Source: Octopus vulgaris (Eukaryota). Taken from it: DNA of 64,000 bases. The first letter of the stretch is position 1. Every line of letters starts with the position of its first letter. The stretch spans positions 146,754,001 to 146,818,000 of the forward strand of contig OX597814.1 of assembly GCA_951406725.2 (NCBI GenBank). The letters are read 5' to 3'. Position numbers and translations under genes: made by a program. Shown piece after piece: positions 40,125-55,526 of this stretch. Under the pieces are notes generated by a model. It did not search any database and was not told the DNA's origin. It saw only the letters and a program-made list of their open reading frames with translations.

Positions 40125-43100
40125 ACCTTATCTTTAAAGGCGAATGCACCTTTCTCAAGATTTGCATGCTACTCATATCCTAATGTCTGTAGATGTGTCA
40201 GCAAATCTGAAGCGTGAATTAAATACCTCTTTGCATTAGGATATTTGAATATGTTATGAAATACGTCATGCAACAGATAAAACTAATTGCCTTATACAGA
40301 AATATAGATTAACATTAATAACGTATTCTCTTTTACTTTAATATGCATTTGGGTGGCTGCTAACATACTCAACGTTGTGAACAAATATGTTTCAATTAAT
40401 CGAAATTCCCTTTGCAATGATAAAAAACAGAGGCTGAATGACTAAGGATGATCAGGCCCGATTAATGAAAGGGGATAATAATTCAGTAATTTTAATTAAT
40501 TTAAATTTAAATTACGCTTATGGTGAACACATGAAAATATTAGCTTGAAGAATATTATTAACGTAATCATCTGATCTTTGGCAAATAAGGTGACATTTTC
40601 GGATATGATTGTGTATTAATTGACCCCATTGTCAAGGCAGGGCCAGCACCAGAGCTTGCCAGTTATATTGCTACAATGATGAGTCAGATGTGGATAATAT
40701 ATCGGGATGAATGCACTACAGATATCAGCATACATAAGAAACAAGAAACTTACTCGCCAAATAGAATTATCAAACAAATTGTGTAATTTGTAAAATGATA
40801 TAGTAATAACGGAGATGTACTTGCATAGCGAGTGACTTTATCTGAGATCGTGTGCTGGAACGAAAACAATTGCAGTGTGGAAGGTGTTATAAACCATTTA
40901 AAAAACACACAAAAACCGTTAGTTTCACTTCAACATTTAAATTTAATTTGCCAAAATATTTTCGTCGCTTTGAGAACATGACCTGTTCAATGACAAAACT
41001 TCGGGCTGCATCTCATGTTTGTTTGATATAGTAATACTTGTATTGATATATATTCGAATGTTAACTGCAACATTCTACCGAGGAGGCCCAAACTCTTGCA
41101 TGCTTATATTTAAAAACCCAATGGCAAAACAAAAAATACACAGCATTAAATATAACAATAAATTGCACGAAATATGTACAACAGACAAAATTCCGCAGAT
41201 CTAGGGGACTGTGCCCAGATTTACGAAGCAATTGTCAGCACGGTGAGAAAGAAATTACTTCAAGCGTAAAATATAATCCGGGGAAAGCAATGAGAAATAA
41301 ACCTCATTTTAGACCGATAACACTGGAGAAGATAATTTTGTTAGCAGAAAAATATAATACAGTTAAGATACGGTTTAACTGTTAATCTATGGCGAAATGG
41401 CTGTAATGCCGAACTTCAGATTCTATGCAGTTTAAATAAGGGCCTTATTCAAAACTTCAACAATCTCTTCACAACGTGATACTTTCGAGTTTGATTACAC
41501 TGCATAACATCTTATCAAAGCACTAACTATATTAGCGACGTACAGACCCAAACTATAAGAGTAAAATTTGGAAGAGTGTAGTTTGTGTATCAGCCATTCT
41601 GAGGAATCAATTCTGTTCAAGGAGTTTCTTTATTGTAAGGCACATTGAATAAAAAAAATGTATAAGTTAATACTTAATTTACCGTAAGTATTGAAAAATT
41701 CCTCTCAATATGATCATGTTGAAAATGCGACAGGTAACTCATTGCAACAGAAAATGATATTCACGAGAACCAGGAAGTGATCGACAATTTAGAGCATTAC
41801 CAATATTCTTGTATTTTATTTCCAGAAAGAAATATTTCTCGGTGCTCTAACTAAATTGAAATAAAAATTCTTGTGATAAAACTGAGTTAGCTATAATTTT
41901 GTCTTATACATTTAGGTTAGAATACAACATATTTATCTCGGTGAAGCAACGAATAAATAAAACACACTTTATTCGTTCGTGGTTAAGACATGTACGATTA
42001 CATTTACAGCTGTATTCATTTTTACTGTATTAAGTTAAGAAATGTGAGAATCTAAATTTCATCAGAAAGGAATATATTTATATCATCATTTTGAGCATAT
42101 AGATTCATCGTTATTTTAAACACGACATAGCTCTTCATATTTGAAATTCTCCGTCTTACTCTCTGCATGAAATATGGAAAATTATGGAAAAAATTTTACA
42201 ATGTCGTATGTCAATGAAATTCTTCAACCATTTCCTGATTGTAAATTAAAAAGTGGTTACATTGAACTAATTTCTCGAAAATTCTATACTTTTTGTTTGA
42301 CCTCGAAGAACGTGCAAATGAAATGTATCAATTAAATAAATAAATAAATTTATTTGTCTCCCTATTGGCTACTTTTTCCGTGTAAATATATTCAATATGA
42401 CTACTTATGATTCATTTCTATGATTACCGAAAGTATATTATAGGTAGATATATGGCTGATTCAGTGTGGTAACCAATTAAATTTATATAAATGTGAAATT
42501 ATTTGTCCCGTATTCTATGAAAACGTTTTTTTTACCTCCTTTAAAATATACATATTTTTCTGTGAATGTCTTATACTAATGCAAATTTAGCTGATCATAA
42601 CTGAATCTTTAATGTGTAATATAAACGCTATATACGAACACACATACATACATACACAAGTACGTGTATGCGCACACACACGTATAAAAAGAAAGAATGA
42701 AAGACAGAGAGGGAGAGAGAGAAAGAGAACCTATATGTTTGCGTATGTACGCGCATGTACATATATGCGTGTGTCGCTTCCTTCTCAAAATTGAACTGAA
42801 AAATTAATGAAGCTGATGATTGTCATATTTTGCAGGAAACTATCAAATATATTGGTATATTTAGTGAAAGACAAATTGCTCTAATTTCCCAAATGATCTT
42901 GTCATTTGTAATCCTAGTAATATCAGGAAAGGAATATTTATTATAAGGGCAACTGCTACATTGACCTTTACATATTCCGATCGGCTAATGATATTTGCTT
43001 TATGGCAGTTGGAGAACTTAATTAAATTTCTATTCGCTTTTATAGAATCCAGATCTCTTTAATTTATATAGAGGATCATCGCTCTTTGTAACTGCTTAAA

Positions 43101-43510
43101 CAAATTAATTATCTCCTTAATTATGCATTTATGTGAGCTATATAATAGCATAATCCTATTTACCTACAACTCCTCCCACAATATTATGCTCTCTTTGTCG
43201 ACACTCTCTTACATACCACTCGCTATCATTTTGTTCATATATATTAAATACGTTGTCATACAATATTTTATTAGTTTTTAAATCACATTTTTGAATATTT
43301 TTGTTCATTTTTCATCTTTTCTCTATTCTGCTCATCTGATTACAACTGGGCATAATGATATGTATATATGTATGTATATTTGTATGTATGCATGTATGTA
43401 TGTATGTAGGTATGTATGTATGCATGTACGCATTCAATATGTGACCACGTGTATATCGTTGGCGAATTTTCCTCCGTCTTCCCTTCCTTGGATCTTTCCT
43501 TTTTTCTATG

Positions 43511-43545
43511 TTTCTGACGAAGAGCTCCGCTCGAAACATTATATC
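43511..43545 (+). ncRNA. Minimal hammerhead-like core in a Penelope-type repeat
   Basis: CTGACGA (43514-20), A, stem II GAGC-tcc-GCTC, GAAAC (43533-37). Stem III and the cleavage site (attata) are degenerate. Confidence 0.55.
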
Positions 43546-44690
43546 CTCCCTCTTCCTTTCCTTTCCTCAGCGTCCAATAACACTATACTTGTTCCACATC
43601 CTCGCGATGTTCTGTTTTCTCATTGTGTTTTCATGTTTGCATTAACTTTATGCATTATGTATGTATGTATGTATGTATGTATGCATGTGTGTATGTATGT
43701 ATGTATGTATGTATGTATGTATGTATGTATGTAGATAGGTAGGTAGGTATGTATGCATGTATGCAAACATGTATGCATGTATGTGCGTATGTATGTATAT
43801 GTACCCGCGTGGATATCTATGTATGTACATATGTAGAAATTCTGATCGAATCTTGACATGCACCTGCTTACAACAACATAAACTTCATTTAATCAAGATA
43901 GCCTCAGCCTGAAGTGTAGGCTGCAGTATAGTTCGCTCTTGGATATTTACCACTTCTGAGGTACCGATCGCTCTGAAACATATGCAACCCGAACATTATC
44001 TACTCCATTCGTTAACGCTTGTATTTTGTTCGTATACCTAGCATCCCCTGCTGCCTACCGTGAAATATCAAATAATTTTGTCCAGTATATCGTACTCTGA
44101 TACGGAAAAAGATCCGCTTCAATATACCACTGTTGTTCTTGAAAGTTGTTTTTTTTATATATTTTCTACGGATTAATCGAAGCTCCTGTGTGTATGCGTT
44201 TGTATACTGTGTGTTCACGTACGTTATGAAAATTATGCATGAGAAGCAATGCATGGGATTTTGCGGGTAATTAAGATAGAGTATATATGACTTTTCACAC
44301 AAATATTCAGTTCTGTCAAATATAAACGTTAGATATCTAATGAGACCATTACAAAGAAATTTGTCTTTGCCTGTATAATACTTATTCAAACTTTAATAAT
44401 GATATTTGCGCCTGTTTCCACCGATCAGCTAACTTTTATTTGTTGTATATTATGTACGAAAGAACTACTTTATATAATCATTTTAAACAATACTATTTGT
44501 ATTAAATTTGCACTTTAAACATCAGTTGGTGATTGGATAGATGTGGTATTATGGTTCTATATATTCGAAAACAGATTGTATTTTACCTGTGTTAATCCAT
44601 TTTTAATGGATTCTCATATTAGAACTGAATTAAACTTTAATTGAATTAGTATCAACTTGAGTTTACTGATATTCTTCTTTTTTTGGGGGT

Positions 44691-44920
44691 TTCTTTATTA
44701 CCCACAAGGGGCTAAACATAGACGGGAGAAACAAGGACATACAAACGAATTAAGTCGATTATATCGACCCCAGTGCGTAACTGGCACTTAATTTATCGAC
44801 CCCGAAAGGATGAAAGGCGAAGTCGACATCGGCGGAATTTGAAATCAGAAGGTAACGGCAGACTAAATACGGCTACGCATTTCGCCCGGCATGTTAACCC
44901 TTCTGCCAGCTCGCCACCTT
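44691..44920 (-). mobile_element. tRNA-derived SINE (octopus-type), near full length
   Basis: Reverse complement starts aaggtggcgagctggcagaa (A-box-like), has gatttcaaattccgccg (B-box-like), core gtcgacttcgcctttcatcctttcggggtcgataaattaag, and an A-rich end taataaagaaa. Confidence 0.88.
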
Positions 44921-47799
44921 CTTAATGATATTATTCTTTTATCTCTTTCACATAACACCAAATACATCCCAACATTTCATAAATGTCAGAGAAAGCTATT
45001 TTAATGACGGTATAATTATGACTAAAACATGTCATGGGCTATATACATAGTCAGGTCTAAAAAAATGTGAATTTACGATAAAATTGAAAGCGTCAGATTG
45101 TTTCTCATTAGTTTGCAACGAATACATTAGATCTATCGTCGTTTGTTTCATCACCAAAAGCTTTTGAAAATATAACGAGTTCTAATGTCTAACGTGTATT
45201 TATATAAAATCCCCCGATTCCAAAATCTTCCTTATCGATAAAAGACTTCTAGTAAACTTTTCTATCATGTATCATTTCATTGCCACATTCTTGGTAGCTC
45301 ATATACTGTAATGATTGTTGCACTGCATTAAAACCAATGATTACTATTGCCGGAGTGACACAGCAAATACTTCCATTCCATGCATCGAATAAAATACAAA
45401 CTTTGTACGAGTATCTACCCCAAGCGATATTTGCTTTAAATGGTTTCTTTTTTTTTTCACACACGTGTTTGTAAGTCTCCCCAATTTCCCAAAAAATTAG
45501 TAATAGTTTAACTATCTAGGCATAGAAAATGTAATCATCAACTGCTGAGACAATGTATGGTTAGCATCAAAGCGTCAAATAATTGACTTAAATGCAAATT
45601 CCCTCTTATGGTGTGCTACATTTAAGTCGTTGTAACTTTGAGCTCTTTCATGAAATTCGATTAGCATCATTAAAAATTGACAATTAAACTTGTTATAAAT
45701 CAAGACGTAAACTGACCCAATATAATTACTGAATTCTCTTCCCCTGGCATGTCTCCTCTATTTACCTCTTTCCTGTAATCTAAAGATATGTCCTCGGAAA
45801 ATATTCATCTAATTAAATTGAATATTGACGCTATTAACGAATAGCAGATAAATGAATGTGTATATATAAAAATAAATTAATTGATTAATAGCAAGATTAA
45901 AGCAGAATTCATCTCAGTGAAGTTTCCAGTATGATCCAATACTTTCATACATTGATATAGTATTGTACATTTTATTTTAAATTATTTCAAGATACAATGA
46001 GTCGTTAATTATCTATTATATTCCGTATTACGCATTAAGTGTACATTTTGTATTTCTAGTGTTGATACCGTGGTTTTCAAGAGCAACACTAATCAATATG
46101 GTTTCTGTAAAACTTCTGCTCGGTTGTTGTTTAGACGTACGCAATTAGTTATTAAGTTGACCAAAGAGCCAGACAGTCCAGCTGTGACTATCCTTCATAT
46201 TCAAACAAAATTAGATGAGCATTAATGAATAGGCTTTTTTTTCTTTTCCAAAGCTAGTAGGGTGTGATGATAGCAATATGCAGTTGGTATTTTTATAGGT
46301 CAGATGTATCGTAATCAAATTGATATGGTTTCCCCAAAGAAATGATAAATCGACTTGTATTTCATTGGTGTATATAGGCTCTTTGTCTCTGTTGTTGTAA
46401 TTATCTATTGTGATAAAAATAGAAAGATACATTATGGCCATACATTTACAGTTTTGTTTCTACATCAGCAGGATTAGAATTAAATCAAATGCCATGATAT
46501 TCTGTTGAATTCTCGATCTCACTTCCATTTATGTATCTTCTCAATTATTGGCTACATAATTTCAATATAACGACCTAGTTTTATTGCTTCACCGATGGTT
46601 TGTACGTAATTTTATTTGACACTGAATATCAGTCTGGATTGACCTAAAACCTTTATATAGCTTAATGATATTGTATTATACGTCGGAATCACACTTGATG
46701 TAAAGATTACCGGTTCCTGGTAGCATGGTTCATATTTCTTTCTCAAAGAAACGGCAATGCACCATTTAACAATCAAACATCAAATCTATTAATGAAACTA
46801 ATGGTATTGTATTATAGGATACTGATATTTAGAAGGCGGAATTTCCAATTGCCATATCATTTTTTTCTTTTCAAAATTATTATAATTACAGCAAACATAT
46901 CTCTTTTTACAGATTATGCTTTCATCTCTCACATGTAGTTGTCTAGAAGCCGACAACTAAAATATCCTTTGATACTGAAATATATTCTGTACTAGTTTTA
47001 TAGATAATTGTATCGTTTTTCAGGAATAAGTAAATTTATTCTTACAGAAACCCATTGATGTGCTTTGACGTTTACATGAATGGCATTATATTTGCATTAA
47101 AAGTTTAAAATATTGATACTATATGTAGATTGGATAATCGTTAGTATACAAGTGTAACTGTACAAGTGCAGACGTGCTACAGATGATATACAATATTTAT
47201 ATAAAGACACATATACAGCAGACAATGTAGTAAAACCATTATTATTTTTTTACCAAAAGCTGTCACAAGTGTAAACATCATAGGTATGAAACAGGCATTT
47301 TTTTCGTAATTACCTAATGGAATTTCCTTACATATATCAACATTTTATGTTGAATAATATGTTTCTATTTGCGTGGTTGTATAAGACATAATGCTTTGAG
47401 TGATTCCTATTGATACAGACGTGCGAAATGTAGCAAAATCGAAAGAAGGATTGTTAGCATACTATATTCTCTCTACACAAATCCATGAAACTGGCTTTGA
47501 TTTATGATTGCATATATTTTCAGACGATAGTATTCGTAGCATAGTTCGATTTCTGTTAGAGACAATTTGTCGACCTTTTTAAACTAATTCATGGATGAAA
47601 TATTATTGTATCTTTGTAAAAATATTGCTTTGCTTTAGTCTTTATTTCTTTACCTGCTATTCTGGCTATGTTGTTTCCTACTCGACATCACCCCAGCGAA
47701 GCCCATAGGTATCTTTTAGTAAGCATTAAGCGACTGAGACTGTGATATTAAAACATAAAAGGTGATTGTAATATACTTGCATATTTGAAATTGCGAATA

Positions 47800-48350
47800 T
47801 ATAAACTGAAATGAAAGATGACTCGAAGGAAATTCGATGAGGTGGTAATAAATGAACTAGTGGCAACGGAATACATAGCAAGTAATAAAGCTTCCAGATT
47901 TAATAAAACTGGTGTAACTTCCCTCAAGCAAAGCTTTGTTAAATTTTGGTGGGATCGGGGATATCCTTTATAGGGAAAAATGAAACAGGAAGAATAATGC
48001 ACTTCAATGAATTTTACAAAAAGATTTCCAACTGAATTTTCACGGATTAGCCGTCTCGGAAACGAAACTCCTGAAAACGCCTTCAATGGAAGCAACGGGG
48101 GCAAACGATAAATGCTGTCGATGATAGAGCTTTCAAAGTATAGAAACAATCGATCTTAACACTTGCTACAGTGCACTCTTAAGTCTGAAGACTATGACGT
48201 ATAGACAACATATCTTTGGAAGAACACTTTACAGTGAAAGCAGTACACCAGCCATTTGTTATGGAAAGAAAAGTACAGTACCTCAAGTAACAGCTGAGGT
48301 TTATAGTAAAAAGAAGCAAGGGATTCTTCATACAAAAAGGTCTAAAACTT
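47800..48350 (+). mobile_element. Possible old non-LTR RT relic
   Basis: SNKASRFNKT (~47880) resembles NKAPGxDG, followed by FVKFWWD and a degenerate RPISL-like segment. Purine-rich, coding-like strand bias. Confidence 0.3.
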
Positions 48351-49939
48351 TCAAATTCACAGACTCCTCAAAGCTTTGATCATGTATACAAAGCACACAC
48401 GACTTCGTCAATATTCTTTAGAATCGCGCCCACGCGCGCACACGTGCTCTCATACATATATTTACGTGCGAATGTGCATACAAGCGTGTGTTGCGTGCGT
48501 ATGTCAACACAAACTACATATCAATTCAGAGAAACAAATACATAGTTATAAGCAGACGTTTAAATAATGTACATATTTTCATATATACAAATATAATATT
48601 TACACATACACACAATTTTTCAGGTTCTTTTACGTTACATGTCGACTCTCATTTGTTCCACAATATATAGGTTCATGTAATATGATATCAAAAGAAAATA
48701 TTTAGGTCCTACGTCGTTCGCCTCGAATTAATTATGGCAATTGCATCGCATGTTACTCATTCTGTTCTTCACTAAAACTGTGAAAATACATGTGAAGACT
48801 TCCAGAAATTCCACCGAATCAAATTATTCGCTTCAGTTGTCTGAGTATTCGCAGATGAAAAATGTGATGCTGTTAAGCTTGAAGTGGAGCACTCAAGTTA
48901 ATGCTTTCTCGAAATTTGGCGTCTGTATTTCCGGTATTTTATTTTACATTATAGTTAAAGTGTTCAAAGTTAAATATGTTATAAGCAGAATGTTGTGGGA
49001 AAGTTGTATTTTCTAAAATTGTTCAGAGCTATTTTCCAAAACCAAATATAACGCGCACAACAAATCGTTATTTACAAGTACAAAAACTCGGTGTGATTGC
49101 CCAGGGTAAAAAATTGTGCTGCAGAATGCAGTTTTATAATATCATGTTACGCATCTTATATCTTTCTTTGAAAGTCTTATCTATTCATATACAGATACAC
49201 TGATGTGAATCCAAATGAATTTACTACTGGTAAATAGGAATGAATGTGTTTTTGTAAATTAAAAATTCATTGGTATTTACTTACCACACAAGAGGGAATT
49301 TCAAATCATATATTATTACAAATTCATGCTCTTGTACTTGCATACAGAGATATTTAAGTGAATATTCAGGCCACTTTTCCCCAACAATTTTCAAATGTTT
49401 TCTTCCACACATATATAATAATATGTTCTGTTTTTTTTTAGGACCATAGAGTGTAATATAAAAGTAGAAAATTGCTAAATGTAAGGAGTCAGTTTCATAA
49501 GATAAGAAAACCACAGTGTTCAGTTGTATATAAAAAACACCTAAGATGATTTTCTAGCATTGATAAAACGTTCACACATTAAAAGTACACCCCCCACACA
49601 CACATACACATATCATCCCACACATACACCTTGTGGGGTAGAAAGAGAGAGAGCACTTCCAATGCAGCACTCAACCTGAACTCTAGGCTATCAACAATGT
49701 GTCGGAATCTGTGAAACCTTCGCGTGACATGGCACATCTTGAGTGCACCTTTAATGCATATCTGAAGAATTACCAGTGTTATGTGGAAAGCCGTATTACG
49801 CAAATTCTCACTTTGGAATTTTGCATGAGTTAGCGTTGAATTGCTAAAATAATTCAAACTTAGACTCCAATGCCTTTACATGAGATCGATTTCAGGGGAT
49901 AAAGAATGGCTAGAGGAGGGAGGGAGTTGATCGGATATA

Positions 49940-50532
49940 GAGGTAATGATGCGGATAAACAAATTAAATATATTTAATGTATACATGCAAAACGAGAGAA
50001 AGCATAAGGTGGAGTCTTTCAAACGATGAATATTTAAGTATAAATATAAAGATATTTGTATTAATAGATCCAACTTACACAAAGTGCAAACGACAGAAAA
50101 ATTAAAGGAGTGGAAGAAAGGTATAATAAGTTCAACAGCTGTTTCTGGGGGTTCAGAGATCCATGATAATGTTGGTAGATGTAGTTCAGCACAATATGCA
50201 GTCACAGTGGATGCAATCAACATAGGATAAGATGAGCTTCATCAAGGTAGAGAAGATCTTACATTTCAGATCTTAATCCAAAGATGTTCAAAGATGGAAC
50301 AGCTTTTGGACTTGTAACACCTTTCTTTCAGCCTCTTTAATTTTCTCTCTCGTCTGTACTTTGTGAAAGCTTGATCTATCATTATAAATATGTATATATT
50401 TATACTTAAAAATTCATCGATTGAAAGTACCTCCTTTTGCTTTCTCCGTTTCGCATGTATACATAAATATGTATTTCATAGCCAAGCTATTATATTTAAT
50501 ATATTTAATTTGTTTATCCGTATAATTACCTC
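49940..50532. repeat. Degenerate inverted repeat, ~110-bp arms, ~345-nt spacer
   Basis: gaggtaatgatgcggataaacaaattaaatatatt...cgatgaatatttaagtataaatata (49940-50048) vs tatatttatacttaaaaattcatcg...aatatatttaatttgtttatccgtataattacctc (50395-50532, with a ~35-nt insertion). Confidence 0.9.
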
Positions 50533-51405
50533 CCTCTCTCTCTCTCTGAACATATGTGTGTATATGTATGTATATGTACGTGAGTGCCTGTCTGTGCCTT
50601 TATATATAGGCCTGTTTATAGTTTATAAGTTTAACAAAGCAGGCTTATGAGAACTATATATTTTCGCAGTAAAATTTTCTGGAAGTAAAATTAATATCGT
50701 ATATCTTTTGACACATGTGTTCCTTGTCACTCTGAACTTATTCTTTAAATATTTGTCTTAAAGGAACAGTAAAATATCTGTGGAGCCACAGTTGGTGCGC
50801 GCATCCATTAACATACACTGATATATATTTTAACGTAAATAACAGTATGTGTATGTGCCTGTGGTACGTAGCAAATTTTATGGAGCAGAATATTTAGACA
50901 GGAAGTAATTCAAAAGAAACTGCTTTGTGCATGTATAAAATATGTAATTTCGATGTTAAAATATGTAACAAAAACAAAAGAATCACTGATTCAAGTGTAA
51001 AAGCGAAAATTATAAATGCAACACAGGAAATAACTTCCCTTATGGGATATATGTAATGTTCATTTCGTGTAAAGGAAGTCAAAGCTGTGAAGAAATTTGT
51101 GAAACAGACCATGAAGCAACTGGAGTTCAAATATTTGTCTTCTACATTTGTAGATGGATATGCTTATTAGCATCAGTATTTTGCAATACATATTCTGTAT
51201 AACTTCATCTGCTAATTGTATATTGTTGTCATACATTACAGTTTTTTTCGCAAGAAATTAGATTATTCATAAGCTTACATACATACAAATACACGCATAT
51301 ATATAACTAAATGAATACACACATATATATACATATATATATATTAAATATATATATGTGTGTGTAATATATAAATGTGCATATATATATATATGTGTGC
51401 GTGTA

Positions 51406-51479
<74 letters not shown>

Positions 51480-53351
51480 TGTATGTATGTATGTATGTAT
51501 GTATGTATGTATGTGTGTGTTTACACACGACTGCCATTGTGGGTACGGAACTAACTATATGGGGATACTAACGCAAACAGCGATTTACTTTATTGTATGA
51601 TTTATCGTTATTTTTCCTCCTCTTTTTCATAATTACACGCTGTCTTTATCTATAAAGAGTTACACTTTATAACATTGCCTGGCGAAATGTGTACCAACCG
51701 AGGGATGCATCACAACCATTTGTTCAGTATCATCACCCACGATGGATCGATGCAAGAGCGTCGAATTCATCGTTGTGAGCAATAAAGTTTCTCGTATATT
51801 ACATTTTTGTCTGTATCATTTATTTGTTATATATAAATATATACATACACCCCCCCACACACACACACATGAGAGGTTCTCTGCAGGTAAAACTTGAAGC
51901 ATATGATGTTCTAAAAAGCATCCTCCTTAAGTTAGATATAAACACTGCCGTCTGGTATTAATATTACTTTTGTCACTGTTAATCATTCTTTCATAAACCT
52001 CTTTCGTATTTGTGACATCTGTACCGGAAACTCTAGTAAAATATTACATATTGACAGTAAGAATCAGGTCAGCTGTCACTACAGGACGTCTGCCATCTGA
52101 CGTCTGCCATTGGGTAGTCCAGTGTACCCAGGCAGGGAGAAATACAGTAATATGTCAGCCGCGCGGCACACAGTAGGCGATTCTTGCCTGCCAATAATAT
52201 ACCGATATAAATGTCATTGCTGTTATGTACCGTCTGAGAGGTCTTCGCAAGGTAAATAACGCAATGTTCAGTCCTTTAATGCAACATACCCGTTAACTTG
52301 ATATGAAGATTGCCTTTTAGTATTATAATGCTTCAGTTGTTGTCTGAGGGGAATGCAGGTGATAATGCTTAATCTTAAATACTTAGGATGAGAAGCAGGT
52401 ACATTTTTCACTTTTCGACATCTTAAAGTACTTTAATAATTGCATCAATAATATGTAGCATTTTGTTGACGGAAACATTATTTTTTTTCAAATGAACTCA
52501 GAATTATGTCAACAGAAGCAGGTCAGGCATTATTGGAGCTGATCTGCCTATGAACATATATACTCTCTTCCTTCGGGGAAAGTTCTTTTGGTTAAAATAA
52601 TATCGACAATTGGGCTGATCCTAGACAACAATCGAAAGGGGAATGTCCCCTTGAAAAAGTATTCCGATAAGGCTGCATAATGTGCTCTCTGATGCTTCGA
52701 GTATTCCATTCCAGAGGCCATAGTGTTTTCCATTCTCCTATTCATTACTTTTGCATGGTCGTAACTAACGCAGATTTATAGGTGTCGAAGTGTCTTCAAT
52801 TTCATTAAAAATAATCATTAAGGACATCTCATAAAAAGTAGGAACATAACTTCTTCAGTGACATGGTAGGTACTAAAACATTTAGTCAACGTAGGAAAAA
52901 CATAGATTGCAATGTATCTTATATGAAATAATCATGTTTGCATTAGCGCGAATTTATAAAGACGGAAATAAAATCAAAAATTCCAAACAGTATCGAAACA
53001 CCTAATTTCAAGTATTACTAGACAGCTGGCAATCGCATTAGACTAGTACCAATTTTTTCAAACTTATATATGGCCGTTCGTGGTTGTTGGAATTTAGTTT
53101 GTTTTCTATATTTTTACAAGTAAGCAGCTGTGGGTAACTATGAAGATGTAAATTACATATTTTTCTCGATACCCGAATGAACGACGATGAAAATAGTAGA
53201 TACATTTGACGCAGATAGGATTTATTTGCATTTTTACCAACATGAATAATACAACAGAATGCAGAATGAACCATTTCTCATTGTCAAATCTCGAGAAAGG
53301 TAATTTATCGGGAAAATGTATAGATATAAAAGTTCAGTGGCTTAGTAAATT

Positions 53352-53407
53352 GGCAAGGATTTCATGCAGGCGACGTCAGGGCAAGGATTTCATGCAGGCG
53401 ACGTCAG
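53352..53407 (+). repeat. Perfect 28-bp tandem duplication
   Basis: ggcaaggatttcatgcaggcgacgtcag x2. Confidence 0.97.
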
Positions 53408-54192
53408 AGATATATACATGCACAGCTATACTCATACCTAAAGCAGACGCACATAATGTTCGTCAAGTGTCTATTATGTGTACGGCATATAATCATTCAG
53501 AGTCTTAAAAATCGACATACCATAGCTGTACGAAGCAGACAGAAGAAAGTCCCGTTTTAACAAGGGTAATCTAATGTTAGAGTTTTCTAGTATAATCCAA
53601 TTATTCACACATGCAAAATTTGTGAGACATTAAAAATAAGGCCTGATTTACTTATAACCTCTTTGCCTAGATTTCATTGAAAGTTAGGCAACAATTTCAT
53701 GATATCAACTTCCCACAGTCTTTATATAAGTGCAACTCGAGAACGTTTAGAGTTCTCTGAAGGGTAACTATTCACACCATATATCCCAGTCTTGAAATAT
53801 ATCAATTATATGCAAATATCTCATAAGACAATATTACCAACATCACTTTTCAGAAACTAGCTTCGCAGTTATAATTTGTCGAGGGAAATTCAGATGAATT
53901 TTCCGAATGAAACCCAAATACCGGTTGAAGCACTGAATATACCATATTATATTGGTGTATGCAAGCATGCATGACGTGCGTGTGTGTACCTGGCAGTACA
54001 CGGGCGCGCATAAGCGTATGTGTGTGTATGGTTGTGTGCATTCTATGAGGCATGAGTGCTTGCGCCGGTGCATGACTAAGTGCACGATCACTCGAACGGG
54101 TGTGCCTGTCAATACGTGTACGAAGATGTGTATACAAAATCATTTACAGGAAATGCACATGCATACACACACACATGCACACATACATATAC

Positions 54193-54236
<44 letters not shown>

Positions 54237-54392
54237 ATACATTTGTAAACATAAGAACACACACATTTATACATACACAGATATATACATTCAAAGAAAC
54301 AGACATATATACATAACTATAAATATATATCTATTTCTATATCTATATCTATCTATATCTTTCTATATATTTATGTACATATACATACATAC

Positions 54393-54457
<65 letters not shown>

Positions 54458-55476
54458 GAGAGAGAATGAGATATATACAGAGATAGACAAAGAGAATAAG
54501 ACAGAGTAAGAGAGAGGCTGATAGTTATATGGACACGATATCGTCACTCTGTATTTTCTTTCCGTTCATTCTTTAAGCAATAAACATTCTGCTTTAAGAC
54601 ATTCGCATTCACTTGACGATTTAAACCTTCATTAAATTTCTTAAAAAAGTGACTTGCCTCATTATTTCCTTTTCCTTCTCGAATCCGCGCAGTCATGTAT
54701 TTACTCCAATTTCTTTAATGTTCTTTTTCCTCTCCTCACAAACAAAGCAGATGTTCGGAAGATAAATAGTAATAAACGAAAAAAGAAACGTTATTTAAGT
54801 AATTTCTTTATTTTCATTCTTCAGTTATTTGTGCTTTGCTTTACTCTTCTTTTTAGGATCATGTTATGACAATTAGGATTTTGGTCTTACCGCAACGCAT
54901 CCTAATAGGCTTCCTGCTACGCTCTGTAATAGGCTTGTTTTTCTATCCGATGTTTATTTAGTCGTCGCTAACTGTTCTGTCGTATATACACGTATTGCGT
55001 ACAAACAAGGAAAGTGTATTATGAGGCAAGCTGTGGATTAAAGGTCTTGGAAAATTTTTCGAGGCATGATCATACACACGAGATACAACGATTGTATCAG
55101 AAATTACATACGCAGATACTTTTATGTATACAAACGAAAATAAAACTTGCTGTGTGGCCATTTACATTCAATTATACACATTTATAAATGTATTCACTTG
55201 CTTTTATCTATAAAGTGGGCATGCCCATAAACGTAGCGTATATTTTAGCCATTCCAAGGTTGTTGTTTTAATTGGAAAAATGTAGAAATAAATGTAATAT
55301 AAATATGCACCATACACACATACACACGTATACGTGCGATTATATACGGTTACACACACACGCACACACACACATATATGTTTGTATATACGTATGTATG
55401 CATATGCATACACACACTGAAACAAATGCACACGTATATATGCATACATACAAACATACATTCATAATACTTAAAT

Positions 55477-55526
<50 letters not shown>

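Noticed and set aside
44800-44920. tRNA gene
   Set aside because: Only A/B-box-like motifs in a SINE head; no cloverleaf.
52548-52745. 65-aa minus-strand ORF with protein-like composition
   Set aside because: No recognisable domain, splice context or neighbouring exons; cannot be supported without RNA-seq or homology.
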